Source of the DNA: a virus
Direction: 5' to 3' (one strand)
DNA: 64,000 bases
Virus record (IMG/VR): IMGVR_UViG_3300032323_002909
Span: 1-64,000 of that record
This document shows positions 16,546-25,109 of this stretch, piece by piece (the first letter of the stretch is position 1; each line of letters starts with the position of its first letter). The position numbers were made by a program, and so were the translations under genes. Below the pieces are notes generated by a model. That model was not told the origin of the DNA. It ran no database searches and saw only the letters and a program-made list of their open reading frames with translations.

Positions 16546-16767
16546 ATGATTCACCTAGCAACACTGCCGCAATACTACCGCACCCGCAAGGGTATCTCTA
16601 TGATCGTGCGTGATTACAACCTACCCTCTGGCAATGCCAAGGGCAAGGGCAACCGTGCGAAACGCCGCCAAGGTCTCTACGTTCCCAACCCCGACCACAT
16701 GAAGCCCTTTGGTCTCATTGGTATGGATCGTGGACAGATCGCTGCCATGATGAAACGCCCTGCATAA
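16546..16767 (+). CDS. hypothetical basic protein
   Basis: Cassette ORF. Confidence 0.65.
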   Translation: MIHLATLPQYYRTRKGISMIVRDYNLPSGNAKGKGNRAKRRQGLYVPNPDHMKPFGLIGMDRGQIAAMMKRPA

Positions 16768-16791
16768 AAACCACATTAAACTAATGTCGCC

Positions 16792-16947
16792 ATGCTAACA
16801 ATCAATAAAACTTACTACATCAATGGGAAAGCAGTCGTTTTTCTTGGAGAATCAGACGTTAAAGGCAAAGGCTTTTTTCGAGAGCTTGGAGAACCTGACA
16901 CTTTCTTTTCTTATCCCATTTACAAGGTAAGAAAACGCCCTGCATAA
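16792..16947 (+). CDS. hypothetical protein (51 aa)
   Basis: Cassette ORF, same KRPA* end as previous gene. Confidence 0.55.
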   Translation: MLTINKTYYINGKAVVFLGESDVKGKGFFRELGEPDTFFSYPIYKVRKRPA

Positions 16948-16968
16948 AAACCACATTAAACTACTACC

Positions 16969-17211
16969 ATGCCCACTGCAACTATCAACCCCAAAGAGAT
17001 CGCGGTAACTCACACCGTGCGTCCCGATGTTAATCGCGAGTTCCTCACCGTCGAATGTCCTAACGGATGGGATGACGTGAAAAAACTCACAAAGAAAGTC
17101 CTGACCTATGAGGATCGCAAGTTCACCTTTTGTAGTTGGAACTCTGACTACAACTACGCATCGTTTGTGTGTCCGTTGAATGGAAAACCATCTATCGCCA
17201 CCATCTCCTGA
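16969..17211 (+). CDS. hypothetical protein
   Basis: Cassette ORF. Confidence 0.65.
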   Translation: MPTATINPKEIAVTHTVRPDVNREFLTVECPNGWDDVKKLTKKVLTYEDRKFTFCSWNSDYNYASFVCPLNGKPSIATIS

Positions 17212-17243
17212 GATGGTAAAAACCACCTTAAACTGACTGTGCC

Positions 17244-17417
17244 ATGAATTGGATCAAAGTAAATGATGAGGACGTGTTACACGTCTGGGTAAATGATGAG
17301 ACGAACGAAGAAGTGGAGGTCTCTCCTGACTTCTACGAAAACAACGGTGAACCCTGTGACGACTGTGGCAATGTCCTGAGATATTCCCACACACTGGTAA
17401 AAACCACATTAAACTGA
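17244..17417 (+). CDS. hypothetical acidic protein (CxxC)
   Basis: Cassette ORF read manually. Confidence 0.55.
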   Translation: MNWIKVNDEDVLHVWVNDETNEEVEVSPDFYENNGEPCDDCGNVLRYSHTLVKTTLN

Positions 17418-17424
17418 CTGTGCC

Positions 17425-17799
17425 ATGACTACCATCGAGTTCGACAAAGTTATTACCACCGCTCAATCCAAAACGATCCCTAGCAATGCGCTGGGGATCA
17501 TGAGCATCGCACCAGTCTATGACTGCAATACGCACAAAAACGTGCGTGGTAAAGTCATGCTCTCCTTTCGAATGAGCATTGACAGCACCCGCAATGCAAT
17601 CGAAAATCACAAGATCCTACTCGCTGAAGCACCCTTGGTGCAAGCGTGGTTTCCATCGTATCGTGTTCCATCGCTGGCTCAAATTGAATCGCATCTTAAA
17701 ACGGTTCATCGCATGACTGCCAGCATCAAGCGCGAGGGAGCGATTGCTGAAAGGTCTTTACCATCACCACTCATCGGCATGATGGGCAAGTGGGCGTAA
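17425..17799 (+). CDS. hypothetical protein
   Basis: Cassette ORF. Confidence 0.65.
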   Translation: MTTIEFDKVITTAQSKTIPSNALGIMSIAPVYDCNTHKNVRGKVMLSFRMSIDSTRNAIENHKILLAEAPLVQAWFPSYRVPSLAQIESHLKTVHRMTASIKREGAIAERSLPSPLIGMMGKWA

Positions 17800-17823
17800 A
17801 AACCACATTAAACTTACTGTGCC

Positions 17824-18384
17824 ATGACTACCATGACCACCACCGATACTGCCTCCCCTCGTCAGACGTTCGCCCTTTTCTGTGCCACTGGCAAGGACTG
17901 GCGAAACGCAAACCTATCTCGCGAACAGGTCTCTGCCATGCTTACCGCATGCCAAAGCGTTCGCGGTAACAAGGCTGCTGCACTGGCAATCTGCGAAAGC
18001 GTATTGTCAGGCAAGCCATTGCCATCACCAGCACCAGCAACCCCTTCATGGCAAGCTATCTATGATGAAGCGTGTGCTGCTGGCAAGGCTGCTGCTGAAG
18101 CATGCAAGCCTGAGCCTATGTATGTCGAAGGCTATTCACGACCCATCATGGGTGGCGTTTGTGGCTTCGCTGGGGTGAAGTTTCCCGATGCTCGCAAACC
18201 GTTTGCCAAGTGGCTGGTAAAGCAAGGCATCGCTCGTAAGAACTACGGCACGGGTGTCTATGTCAATATGGGATTCGAGATCGGTGGGCAATCCCTAACG
18301 ATCAAGGAGCATTATGCCAGCGCGTTTGCCAGCGTATGCGCAAAGCACGGTATCGAATGCCGCATGGATAGCCGCATCGACTGA
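17824..18384 (+). CDS. conserved phage protein
   Basis: GVCGFAGV...FAKWL...QS..KE.YA.AFA.V...SRID family. Confidence 0.75.
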   Translation: MTTMTTTDTASPRQTFALFCATGKDWRNANLSREQVSAMLTACQSVRGNKAAALAICESVLSGKPLPSPAPATPSWQAIYDEACAAGKAAAEACKPEPMYVEGYSRPIMGGVCGFAGVKFPDARKPFAKWLVKQGIARKNYGTGVYVNMGFEIGGQSLTIKEHYASAFASVCAKHGIECRMDSRID

Positions 18385-18451
18385 TCGTAAAAACCACAAT
18401 AAGATCATGGCACGGCAAGTCACCTACTTGCCGTGTTTAACTACTACCATT

Positions 18452-18718
18452 ATGAGAACACTTGTCCTTAAAACTGTTAGCCATAACTGCAAAGTCTTGG
18501 CGTTTGTATTGAATCGTTGTTACGATCACGTGGCACGGGTGCTGCCTACCATCACACTGATTGTCACGGCACTGGCAATGCTCATCGCTCCCACGCTCAT
18601 CTTGATGGCAATCATCATGCTAAAGCCTGTTGGCGCGATGCTGGCACTGCTTCTGCTGTTGCTTTTCACGTCCTGTAGCTCATGCGTGTTCATGTTGGAC
18701 TACGTGCAACGCCGATAA
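18452..18718 (+). CDS. membrane protein
   Basis: Two long hydrophobic segments; start uncertain. Confidence 0.55.
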   Translation: MRTLVLKTVSHNCKVLAFVLNRCYDHVARVLPTITLIVTALAMLIAPTLILMAIIMLKPVGAMLALLLLLLFTSCSSCVFMLDYVQRR

Positions 18719-18742
18719 AAACTACCTTAAACTGACTGTGCC

Positions 18743-18979
18743 ATGATTGACTATTCAACAAAACCTATGTGCGAAGACGCACCCTGCTGCGGGTGCTGCG
18801 GTCGGGATCGTTTTGAACCTGACTACGGCGATGAGTCTTTTGATTGGATGATGCCACCAAACGGTGCATTTTTCGACGACCAAGATGAGGAAGACTACAG
18901 TCACCAGTGCGATGAGATGGGTGAGGAAGACCGTTACCTTGATGCGTCTTGGGAAGATCGCTTTGATTGCGAAGCGTAA
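18743..18979 (+). CDS. acidic Cys-cluster protein
   Basis: CEDAPCCGCCG motif, Asp/Glu-rich. Confidence 0.7.
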   Translation: MIDYSTKPMCEDAPCCGCCGRDRFEPDYGDESFDWMMPPNGAFFDDQDEEDYSHQCDEMGEEDRYLDASWEDRFDCEA

Positions 18980-19003
18980 AAACCACCTTAAACTGACTGT
19001 GCC

Positions 19004-19234
19004 ATGATTGACTATGTCTCTACCAGCGAGGGTGAAGGTTACTTCACCGTGAACGGCAAGCGTGGGTTCTCCTGCGCTTGCGTATTGGATATGTTCCTAC
19101 GTGGGATTAAAGCAAGCGCAACGGCATTGCCTATTCTCACCGAGTGGAAAGCCAAAAAGGGTGTTAAAGCAATACGTGCTGAAGCAGCATGGGAGCGTTT
19201 CGCAAACGACAACCCAGAGCTAAGTCACCTGTAA
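19004..19234 (+). CDS. hypothetical protein
   Basis: Cassette ORF. Confidence 0.65.
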   Translation: MIDYVSTSEGEGYFTVNGKRGFSCACVLDMFLRGIKASATALPILTEWKAKKGVKAIRAEAAWERFANDNPELSHL

Positions 19235-19258
19235 AAACTACCTTAAACTGTCCATACC

Positions 19259-19543
19259 ATGAATACCATGTCACACACCACCACCGCTACTACCATCGCT
19301 ACCATGCTCACCGCTATGGAAAAAGACGCTCACGCTATTTACGCTGCTGCTCGTGCGCATGCTGCTGATACTGCTGCTGCTGCTCGTGCGCATGCTGCCT
19401 ATCTTAGTTACGCCCCCAATCCTGATGCTGCTGCGCATGCACGTGCGCATGCTGCTTATGATGTTGCCGTCGAAGCTGAACGCGCTCGGAATGTTGCTGC
19501 GCGGGTTCTTTATGCTATGACTAACCCGATCTGTGGTTGTTAA
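19259..19543 (+). CDS. Ala-rich repeat protein
   Basis: ARAHAA repeats. Confidence 0.6.
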   Translation: MNTMSHTTTATTIATMLTAMEKDAHAIYAAARAHAADTAAAARAHAAYLSYAPNPDAAAHARAHAAYDVAVEAERARNVAARVLYAMTNPICGC

Positions 19544-19567
19544 AAACCACAGTAAACTGTCCATGCC

Positions 19568-19846
19568 ATGAATATCACCATCACATCCGCACCCGCGCCA
19601 GCATTCAACTGGAAAGAATTTAAGGCAGCTACCCTTGCCAAGGGCAAGCTACCATATGCCATCTGGTATGCCAAATCAGGGGTCGAGTGCTACGTATGCA
19701 CCGATGACAGCGACTTGAACTCAGTCATCAACGACTGCCGCGCAGGTGCCTCCATCATGGAGGAGAGCTATTTCGAGTGTTACGTCGATAGCAGTGGCAA
19801 GTTCTATTCCGAAAAGTCCCGCTGGTGCGGAGTCTATAGAGGTTAA
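19568..19846 (+). CDS. hypothetical protein
   Basis: Cassette ORF. Confidence 0.65.
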   Translation: MNITITSAPAPAFNWKEFKAATLAKGKLPYAIWYAKSGVECYVCTDDSDLNSVINDCRAGASIMEESYFECYVDSSGKFYSEKSRWCGVYRG

Positions 19847-19870
19847 AAACCACCTTAAACTGTCCATACC

Positions 19871-20203
19871 ATGAATACCATGACACACGCCACACCCGCC
19901 CACGCGAAATATGCCACCCGCCTCGAACTCCACCACGACTGGAAAGTCGTGCGTGGGATCGTTTTGAACCTCTGCGATGCGATGGAGCAATTAAACTCCA
20001 CTGACGCAGATGACTCGCTACTACAGTGGAGCAACCTGAGCAGCAGCAAGTCTGCTTATGGCTTCGCACGGAAAGCACTGCGCGAGGTCGTGCTTGCACA
20101 GTTCAATTTCGATCTTGATACGGTCGATGTGAACTGGGGAGGTGCTGGTGGTAGTTGGGCAAACGATGTCAAAGAGGTGCTTGTGCAGCACCTAGTTGCC
20201 TGA
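19871..20203 (+). CDS. hypothetical protein
   Basis: Cassette ORF. Confidence 0.65.
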   Translation: MNTMTHATPAHAKYATRLELHHDWKVVRGIVLNLCDAMEQLNSTDADDSLLQWSNLSSSKSAYGFARKALREVVLAQFNFDLDTVDVNWGGAGGSWANDVKEVLVQHLVA

Positions 20204-20270
20204 TAAAAACCACCTTAAACTGATGGCACGGTGAGGCGTCTCACCGTGCTACCCAATAACTACTGAACTT

Positions 20271-20468
20271 ATGAAAAGCATTACTCATCACCAAGTCAAG
20301 ATCACAAAAGCAAAAGTCATCGCTAGCAAGCGCGGCGTGACGCAAGGGGGATTGAACATCTCACTTGTCAATGGTATCAAAGTCCTGTGGCAAGCCAAGG
20401 GCAACAAGGTGGCAGTGTTCTCATCACCCTTGGAAGGTGAGCAGAACCTACTCGGAACTCTGGCATAA
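20271..20468 (+). CDS. hypothetical protein
   Basis: Cassette ORF. Confidence 0.55.
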   Translation: MKSITHHQVKITKAKVIASKRGVTQGGLNISLVNGIKVLWQAKGNKVAVFSSPLEGEQNLLGTLA

Positions 20469-20492
20469 AAACCACAGTAAACTGTCCATACC

Positions 20493-20729
20493 ATGAATAC
20501 CATGCCACACACACTCTGGAGCTTGTCCCGCGAGCAAGGTTTCACCTATGCGCCCAAGGGACTGAGTCAAGTCTATGCCGTTGTCCCGATGTCACACGGT
20601 GACTTCGCTGCCGTCATGCACGGTCTCGAACACCTTAGCGACCACAGTATCAGGCAACGCTACCAAGACGGCAATCGAATGATTGTCATCTTGGACAAGG
20701 CAAGCCAAGGTGTCCCATACGGTAATTAA
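20493..20729 (+). CDS. hypothetical protein
   Basis: Last cassette ORF. Confidence 0.6.
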   Translation: MNTMPHTLWSLSREQGFTYAPKGLSQVYAVVPMSHGDFAAVMHGLEHLSDHSIRQRYQDGNRMIVILDKASQGVPYGN

Positions 20730-20747
20730 AAACAACCGCTGATTCTC

Positions 20748-20783
20748 AGCCCTCAGTGTCTTCGGACGCTGGGGGCTTTTTTT
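20748..20783 (+). terminator. intrinsic terminator ending the cassette array
   Basis: AGCCCTCAGTGTC-TTCG-GACGCTGGGGGCT followed by T-run. Confidence 0.9.
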
Positions 20784-20878
20784 GTTTTTAGGCATAGGTG
20801 GTTTTTACGAGGGGGGGGGGTCTGTTAGGAATAGGATAAAAACTACATCGGGGTGGGTGGGTAGGGGGGTGCCATGGC

Positions 20879-20967
20879 TAAAAATTTTTTTTATATATTT
20901 TTTGGAATTTTCCTTATAGCGCTCCTATTTTATAAAAATTTTTTTTATATATTTTTTGGAATTTTCC
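20879..20967. repeat. two perfect 35-bp AT-rich direct repeats
   Basis: TAAAAATTTTTTTTATATATTTTTTGGAATTTTCC at 20879-20913 and 20933-20967. Confidence 0.9.
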
Positions 20968-20992
20968 CATTAATCCCGTCATCCATCCCCAT

Positions 20993-21364
20993 TTACAATC
21001 TATTTATCAACCAACCGTTTTCCAAAGAAGAGTCCAGACCATAGTAATCTCCATCTAGAAAATCAAGTTTGACTGTTCCTTTTCTTGATATCTGGTGATC
21101 AGAGGGGAGGATTTTCACATTCATGTAAGCTTCTCCTTCGATTATGGCTTGTAATAAACGGTGGTGTCCATCAGCAACGATATATTTACTTTTATCTTTA
21201 TAAGCTGTTATGGGACTTTTATCAGAAGAATATTGTCCTTTACGTAAGGAATCAACGGCAACTTCCATATTGACTTTGTCTGGTAATAGATTTTCAATTG
21301 CTATTTTTTTCAAACCTGTTTGATTTGATTCCCTTAGACAATAATATTTTTGAAAAGTCAACAT
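20993..21364 (-). CDS. ParB/Srx-like domain protein
   Basis: PI...YIVADGHHRL motif; capsid-targeting-like N-terminus. Confidence 0.7.
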   Translation of the reverse strand: MLTFQKYYCLRESNQTGLKKIAIENLLPDKVNMEVAVDSLRKGQYSSDKSPITAYKDKSKYIVADGHHRLLQAIIEGEAYMNVKILPSDHQISRKGTVKLDFLDGDYYGLDSSLENGWLINRL

Positions 21365-21368
21365 ATGA

Positions 21369-21794
21369 TTATTTAATTGTTGTTATTTTATGACCTACGT
21401 GAATGTATCCGTTTTTTGAATCAACTGGATACATCCCTATTTTTGGAATGGAGATTGCAGGGAATTCTGCAATCAATTCTTCGCCCACGAAGAACTGTAA
21501 TTTATTGTCTCTGTGCTTTACCATAATAACAACATCGGGGTGTTTGTGTGGAAGTGATATTATTTCTTTATAGATTGGTTCATTGACAAAGGAAATCGCA
21601 TCTGATTCAAAATTTGAACCTGTGTATTTCTGACGATATATTGTTCCTGTCTTACCAAGTTTATATATAGATCCTCTTTCTGTTTCAAATTCATATACGG
21701 GATTTGCTTTATCTTGTTCTTTTTCTTTTCGTTGCATCAGCATCTGTTCTCGAAAGGATTCCCTTAGACAATAATATTTTTCGAAAGATATCAT
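21369..21794 (-). CDS. putative internal virion protein
   Basis: Start MISFEKYYCLRES shared with neighbour. Confidence 0.65.
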   Translation of the reverse strand: MISFEKYYCLRESFREQMLMQRKEKEQDKANPVYEFETERGSIYKLGKTGTIYRQKYTGSNFESDAISFVNEPIYKEIISLPHKHPDVVIMVKHRDNKLQFFVGEELIAEFPAISIPKIGMYPVDSKNGYIHVGHKITTIK

Positions 21795-21808
21795 AAGATT
21801 ATTTATAT

Positions 21809-22960
21809 TTATATTTGTTCTTGTCTCCATGAATAGTCTATTTTCTTTTCAGGTAGATCTTTTAATGGTATGTCTAGAAATGTCTTTTCTATATCTGCCA
21901 TTTCGTTTCTCATGGTTTCTTTGACGCTTGAGAAGATTTGTTTTAAGGAGTCCATATCTTTTCTACTCACTGTTCTATATAGGTTATAGTATGATTCATC
22001 TGTGCCATCTAGATATTGTTTGTTGAAATCCCATATTGGGTCATTTCCATAAGGATCTGTAGTTTGTCCATCTTCCATCATGTCTACGAATTTATTAAAT
22101 GTTCGGTCTATATAATAAATTTCATTTTTATTTCTGAGCATCTTTTCATTTTGTGATATTCGTAGTTTGATCAAGTCATCTACGTTTTTTAATTTAAATC
22201 TTTTGATAAGTTTTGCTATTATTTTTTTGGCATAGATAGATGGTTTGCTATGGCTTCTGCGTATTTCATTATTGATTTTATATCCTAGATTTAATCTTGC
22301 ATTGTAATTGGTATATTCACGATCAACATCTTTTAATTGGGTTAAAAATAATAATATATTTCTTATATCTGTTTTTTTGTAGAATTTGCCGTATCGTTTG
22401 TATGGTTCTGATATTTTTATTGTATCAGGAATATTTGGTTGGGGGTCTTTATTCGTGGAGAAATTATTATAACTGGTGTAATAAACGAAGGGGATACCAT
22501 CTCTTTTGCAGATGTCTTCTACTTCTTTTAAGGTGTTCATGTAGGAACTTTCTGGATTACACCATGTTATGACTTCCATTATATATTTTTTAGCGTTTGG
22601 TATTGTTGGTTGGTCTGAATAGATACGGTCTTCCATTTCGCTTATACCTTCACCACGATTTTTGATATTTGAATTTGACCAGTAATCAAATGCCTTGCCC
22701 TTGTGTCTAGTGTTCAAAAGATCACCATTTAATTTAAATATGACACCGCTGGGATTGTTTTCGGAATAATTGTTGAATTTGCTACGGGCGGTGGACATGT
22801 AGAATGTTTTTCCACTTTTGGAGGTATCGGTACCTGTCTCCATTCCCAACGAGAACATATTTGATTTCAATATTTTTAAGGGTTCTCTGGTATAGTGCCA
22901 AACTATACCTGTGATGGATTCGCAATAGAGTTCGAAGTATCTTTTGAAGTTTGGCAGCAT
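21809..22960 (-). CDS. putative internal virion protein, possible ADP-ribosyltransferase-like N-domain
   Basis: VWHYT...FYMSTARS...EMEDRI pattern; TAAATA 6 nt before ATG. Confidence 0.55.
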   Translation of the reverse strand: MLPNFKRYFELYCESITGIVWHYTREPLKILKSNMFSLGMETGTDTSKSGKTFYMSTARSKFNNYSENNPSGVIFKLNGDLLNTRHKGKAFDYWSNSNIKNRGEGISEMEDRIYSDQPTIPNAKKYIMEVITWCNPESSYMNTLKEVEDICKRDGIPFVYYTSYNNFSTNKDPQPNIPDTIKISEPYKRYGKFYKKTDIRNILLFLTQLKDVDREYTNYNARLNLGYKINNEIRRSHSKPSIYAKKIIAKLIKRFKLKNVDDLIKLRISQNEKMLRNKNEIYYIDRTFNKFVDMMEDGQTTDPYGNDPIWDFNKQYLDGTDESYYNLYRTVSRKDMDSLKQIFSSVKETMRNEMADIEKTFLDIPLKDLPEKKIDYSWRQEQI

Positions 22961-23019
22961 TTCTATTATTTAGTATTGTATTTTGGATTTGTTCATGTTA
23001 TTAATAGTTAAATAATAAT

Positions 23020-24621
23020 ATGTTTAATGATATAAGAAACTTAGAACTTATTGTTGAGAATATCTACGGTGAGTTACTTCTCGAAAATAGAATCAACCGA
23101 TATCTTCCGATGTTTGCTAAAATATCAGAAAAAGGCGATGGTTCTGAGTATTTAGAGGATATTAAATCAATTATCAATGTCTTTAAAAAGGATAATCGAA
23201 TCGTGTGGATGTTGAAACAATATAGAAACAATATTGTTAATTCTTCTCCTAGAAGAGCACACACCATGTTGGATGCGCAGTTGGAGGAATTTAAACATTT
23301 CTATTCGATGAATATTCCCAAAATCGATAATTTTCAGAATTATGATAATATAAATGTTGATAACCTTCTTGCGAAATTTGACGAATACGAAAAGGAAAAC
23401 AAGGTCGATGATGAATGGGTTCCTATCAGCGAGGACATCACACCAATCATTGATTATAAAAATGGGTGGATATGGTATTCCTTGAATAAAGAATATTGTA
23501 GGTTGGAAGGGGGTGCTATGGGTCACTGTGGAAATACCGCAGCATGGAGAAGTGGTGACACTGTATTATCATTACGATTTGTGAAAAATGTCAATGGTGT
23601 TCTTTATGGTAGACCATCCCTGACATTCATTCGTCATGGTGATGGTTATCTCGGAGAAATGAAAGGTCGTGCCAACGAGAAGCCAAATAGCAAGTATCAT
23701 GATATGATCGTGGATCTATTGTTGACCAAAAATGGTGGGGAGTTTTATATTCAAGGTATTGAAGGTGGAGGATATGCGCCTGAGAAAAATTTTGCTGTGA
23801 GCGATCTTTCTCCACAGTTAAAAGAAAAACTGTTTGCTGTTCGTCCTGAACTTAAAACTCTTAGAGATATCTATGATATGAATGGTAATCAGGTCACGGA
23901 AGAATTGATAGAAGCTATCAACGGTGTTTTGGAGAAATATAAGAAAAGACCGAAGAATGTGACATATGGTAACAATGGTAAACGAAATATCGCGATTGTT
24001 GAGATATGGGACGATTGGGAAGATATGTATTCTGATATATACGATTTCCCCGAAAATCTTGAAAATTATTCTGGTTATATTAAAGGAGATGATTTTTTTG
24101 ACATAGGAAATTTTACCATCGACAAATCAGAACTCGAAAATTTATATAACCGTATGGATGTTGATGAAGATGAATTGAGAACATACATAGCTGAAAACTA
24201 TGGCGAGGACGCAGAGTTCCCGATAGATTTATTTGAATTTTTATATGACAACGATGATCCGATTATTGGTGACATAAGAGAGGCAATTCATTCTGGTTAT
24301 GAAAGAGGTGCTGAAAGCGAACTATATAAATATTTCAGATTAGGTATCGATGATATGGTAATTCAATACGAACATCCAAGTGACCCTGAAGGTGATTATT
24401 TGGATGGTTATGTGACACTGGAAGATGAATCGATATTCAAACCCATTTCTTTAACTTTTACCATGAATGAATTTTTAATCATACTTGAAGAAAGAATAAG
24501 ATTCGGCGACAACGCCAAAACTACAGGTGATATGGATGTTCCTTATTATGGATTTAACGATTATGATGAATCAGCAGCGAAAGAAAAATTGAGAGAGATT
24601 CACCCACTTATTTTCAAATAA
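23020..24621 (+). CDS. PcfJ-like domain putative internal virion protein
   Basis: EGGAMGHCG...LSLR...EMKGRAN.KP; LLLE cleavage-like site; late promoter. Confidence 0.6.
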   Translation: MFNDIRNLELIVENIYGELLLENRINRYLPMFAKISEKGDGSEYLEDIKSIINVFKKDNRIVWMLKQYRNNIVNSSPRRAHTMLDAQLEEFKHFYSMNIPKIDNFQNYDNINVDNLLAKFDEYEKENKVDDEWVPISEDITPIIDYKNGWIWYSLNKEYCRLEGGAMGHCGNTAAWRSGDTVLSLRFVKNVNGVLYGRPSLTFIRHGDGYLGEMKGRANEKPNSKYHDMIVDLLLTKNGGEFYIQGIEGGGYAPEKNFAVSDLSPQLKEKLFAVRPELKTLRDIYDMNGNQVTEELIEAINGVLEKYKKRPKNVTYGNNGKRNIAIVEIWDDWEDMYSDIYDFPENLENYSGYIKGDDFFDIGNFTIDKSELENLYNRMDVDEDELRTYIAENYGEDAEFPIDLFEFLYDNDDPIIGDIREAIHSGYERGAESELYKYFRLGIDDMVIQYEHPSDPEGDYLDGYVTLEDESIFKPISLTFTMNEFLIILEERIRFGDNAKTTGDMDVPYYGFNDYDESAAKEKLREIHPLIFK

Positions 24622-24624
24622 CAC

Positions 24625-25098
24625 ATGAAAACATTCTTAGAATCATTTTATGATATACAGGAGTTAACTCCTCATACCAAGTTCTCAGATGTAAAAGGTA
24701 TGGAATATCTGAAGGTCTATCGTTCTTCGGCAAGACCAAATAAACACAATTATGCAGGGGGTTCACACGCTGGAACATTACAGCAAGCGTTGATCAGAGC
24801 AGATTATATGATCAACGATGAAGAAAAATACGATGAATATTATCTTTATGAATTAATTATTAGATTGGGTAGAGTATATCCATCTCTTTTAAAAGATGAT
24901 GGTAGTAATCATGGATATGATTACGTATCCGATATGAAAGACTATGACACTGCTTTCTACAAAAATACTGGAGAAGGCGACATCAGAAATGAGAACCTTT
25001 CAGTCATCATAATCAATCCTGATTCTATTATTAGTTCCAAAATGAGTTCTGTATTATCAAAAGAATACTTGTTAAGCAAACAAAATATGTTATATTAA
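24625..25098 (+). CDS. putative ART-fold-like internal protein
   Basis: MKTFLES start; VYR..HAGT..QA..YKNTGEG..S.IIINP pattern. Confidence 0.5.
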   Translation: MKTFLESFYDIQELTPHTKFSDVKGMEYLKVYRSSARPNKHNYAGGSHAGTLQQALIRADYMINDEEKYDEYYLYELIIRLGRVYPSLLKDDGSNHGYDYVSDMKDYDTAFYKNTGEGDIRNENLSVIIINPDSIISSKMSSVLSKEYLLSKQNMLY

Positions 25099-25109
25099 AT
25101 AAAATAATT

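Larger units (their letters stand above)
8588..20490 (+). promoter_or_regulatory. array of about 40 copies of cassette promoter TAAA(A/G)AC(C/T)AC(A/C)N-TAnnnT
   Basis: Copies at 8588, 8796, 9131, 9979, 10594, 10768, 11008, 11255, 11651, 12002, 12338, 12857, 13298, 13830, 13928, 14234, 14353, 14592, 14690, 14795, 15125, 15335, 15528, 15672, 16024, 16154, 16519, 16765, 16945, 17217, 17398, 17797, 18388, 18716, 18977, 19232, 19541, 19844, 20204, 20466; outliers at 2491 and 7772. Confidence 0.85.

Noticed and set aside
12870-19010. Sigma54 promoters from the recurring GTGCCA (TGGCAC on the minus strand)
   Set aside because: No correctly spaced TTGC -12 element; the sequence is the pre-ATG part of the cassette.
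8588-20490. CRISPR array or integron attC interpretation of the repeated motif
   Set aside because: Spacing is about 100-850 bp and variable, the intervals are genes, the repeat is not palindromic, and no cas or integrase gene is in the window.
10768-20493. Stop-codon readthrough fusing cassettes (TAA-to-ATG distances of 24 or 27 nt are in frame)
   Set aside because: The hexamer usually supplies a second in-frame stop (TAA/TAG), and the 31-nt class is out of frame.
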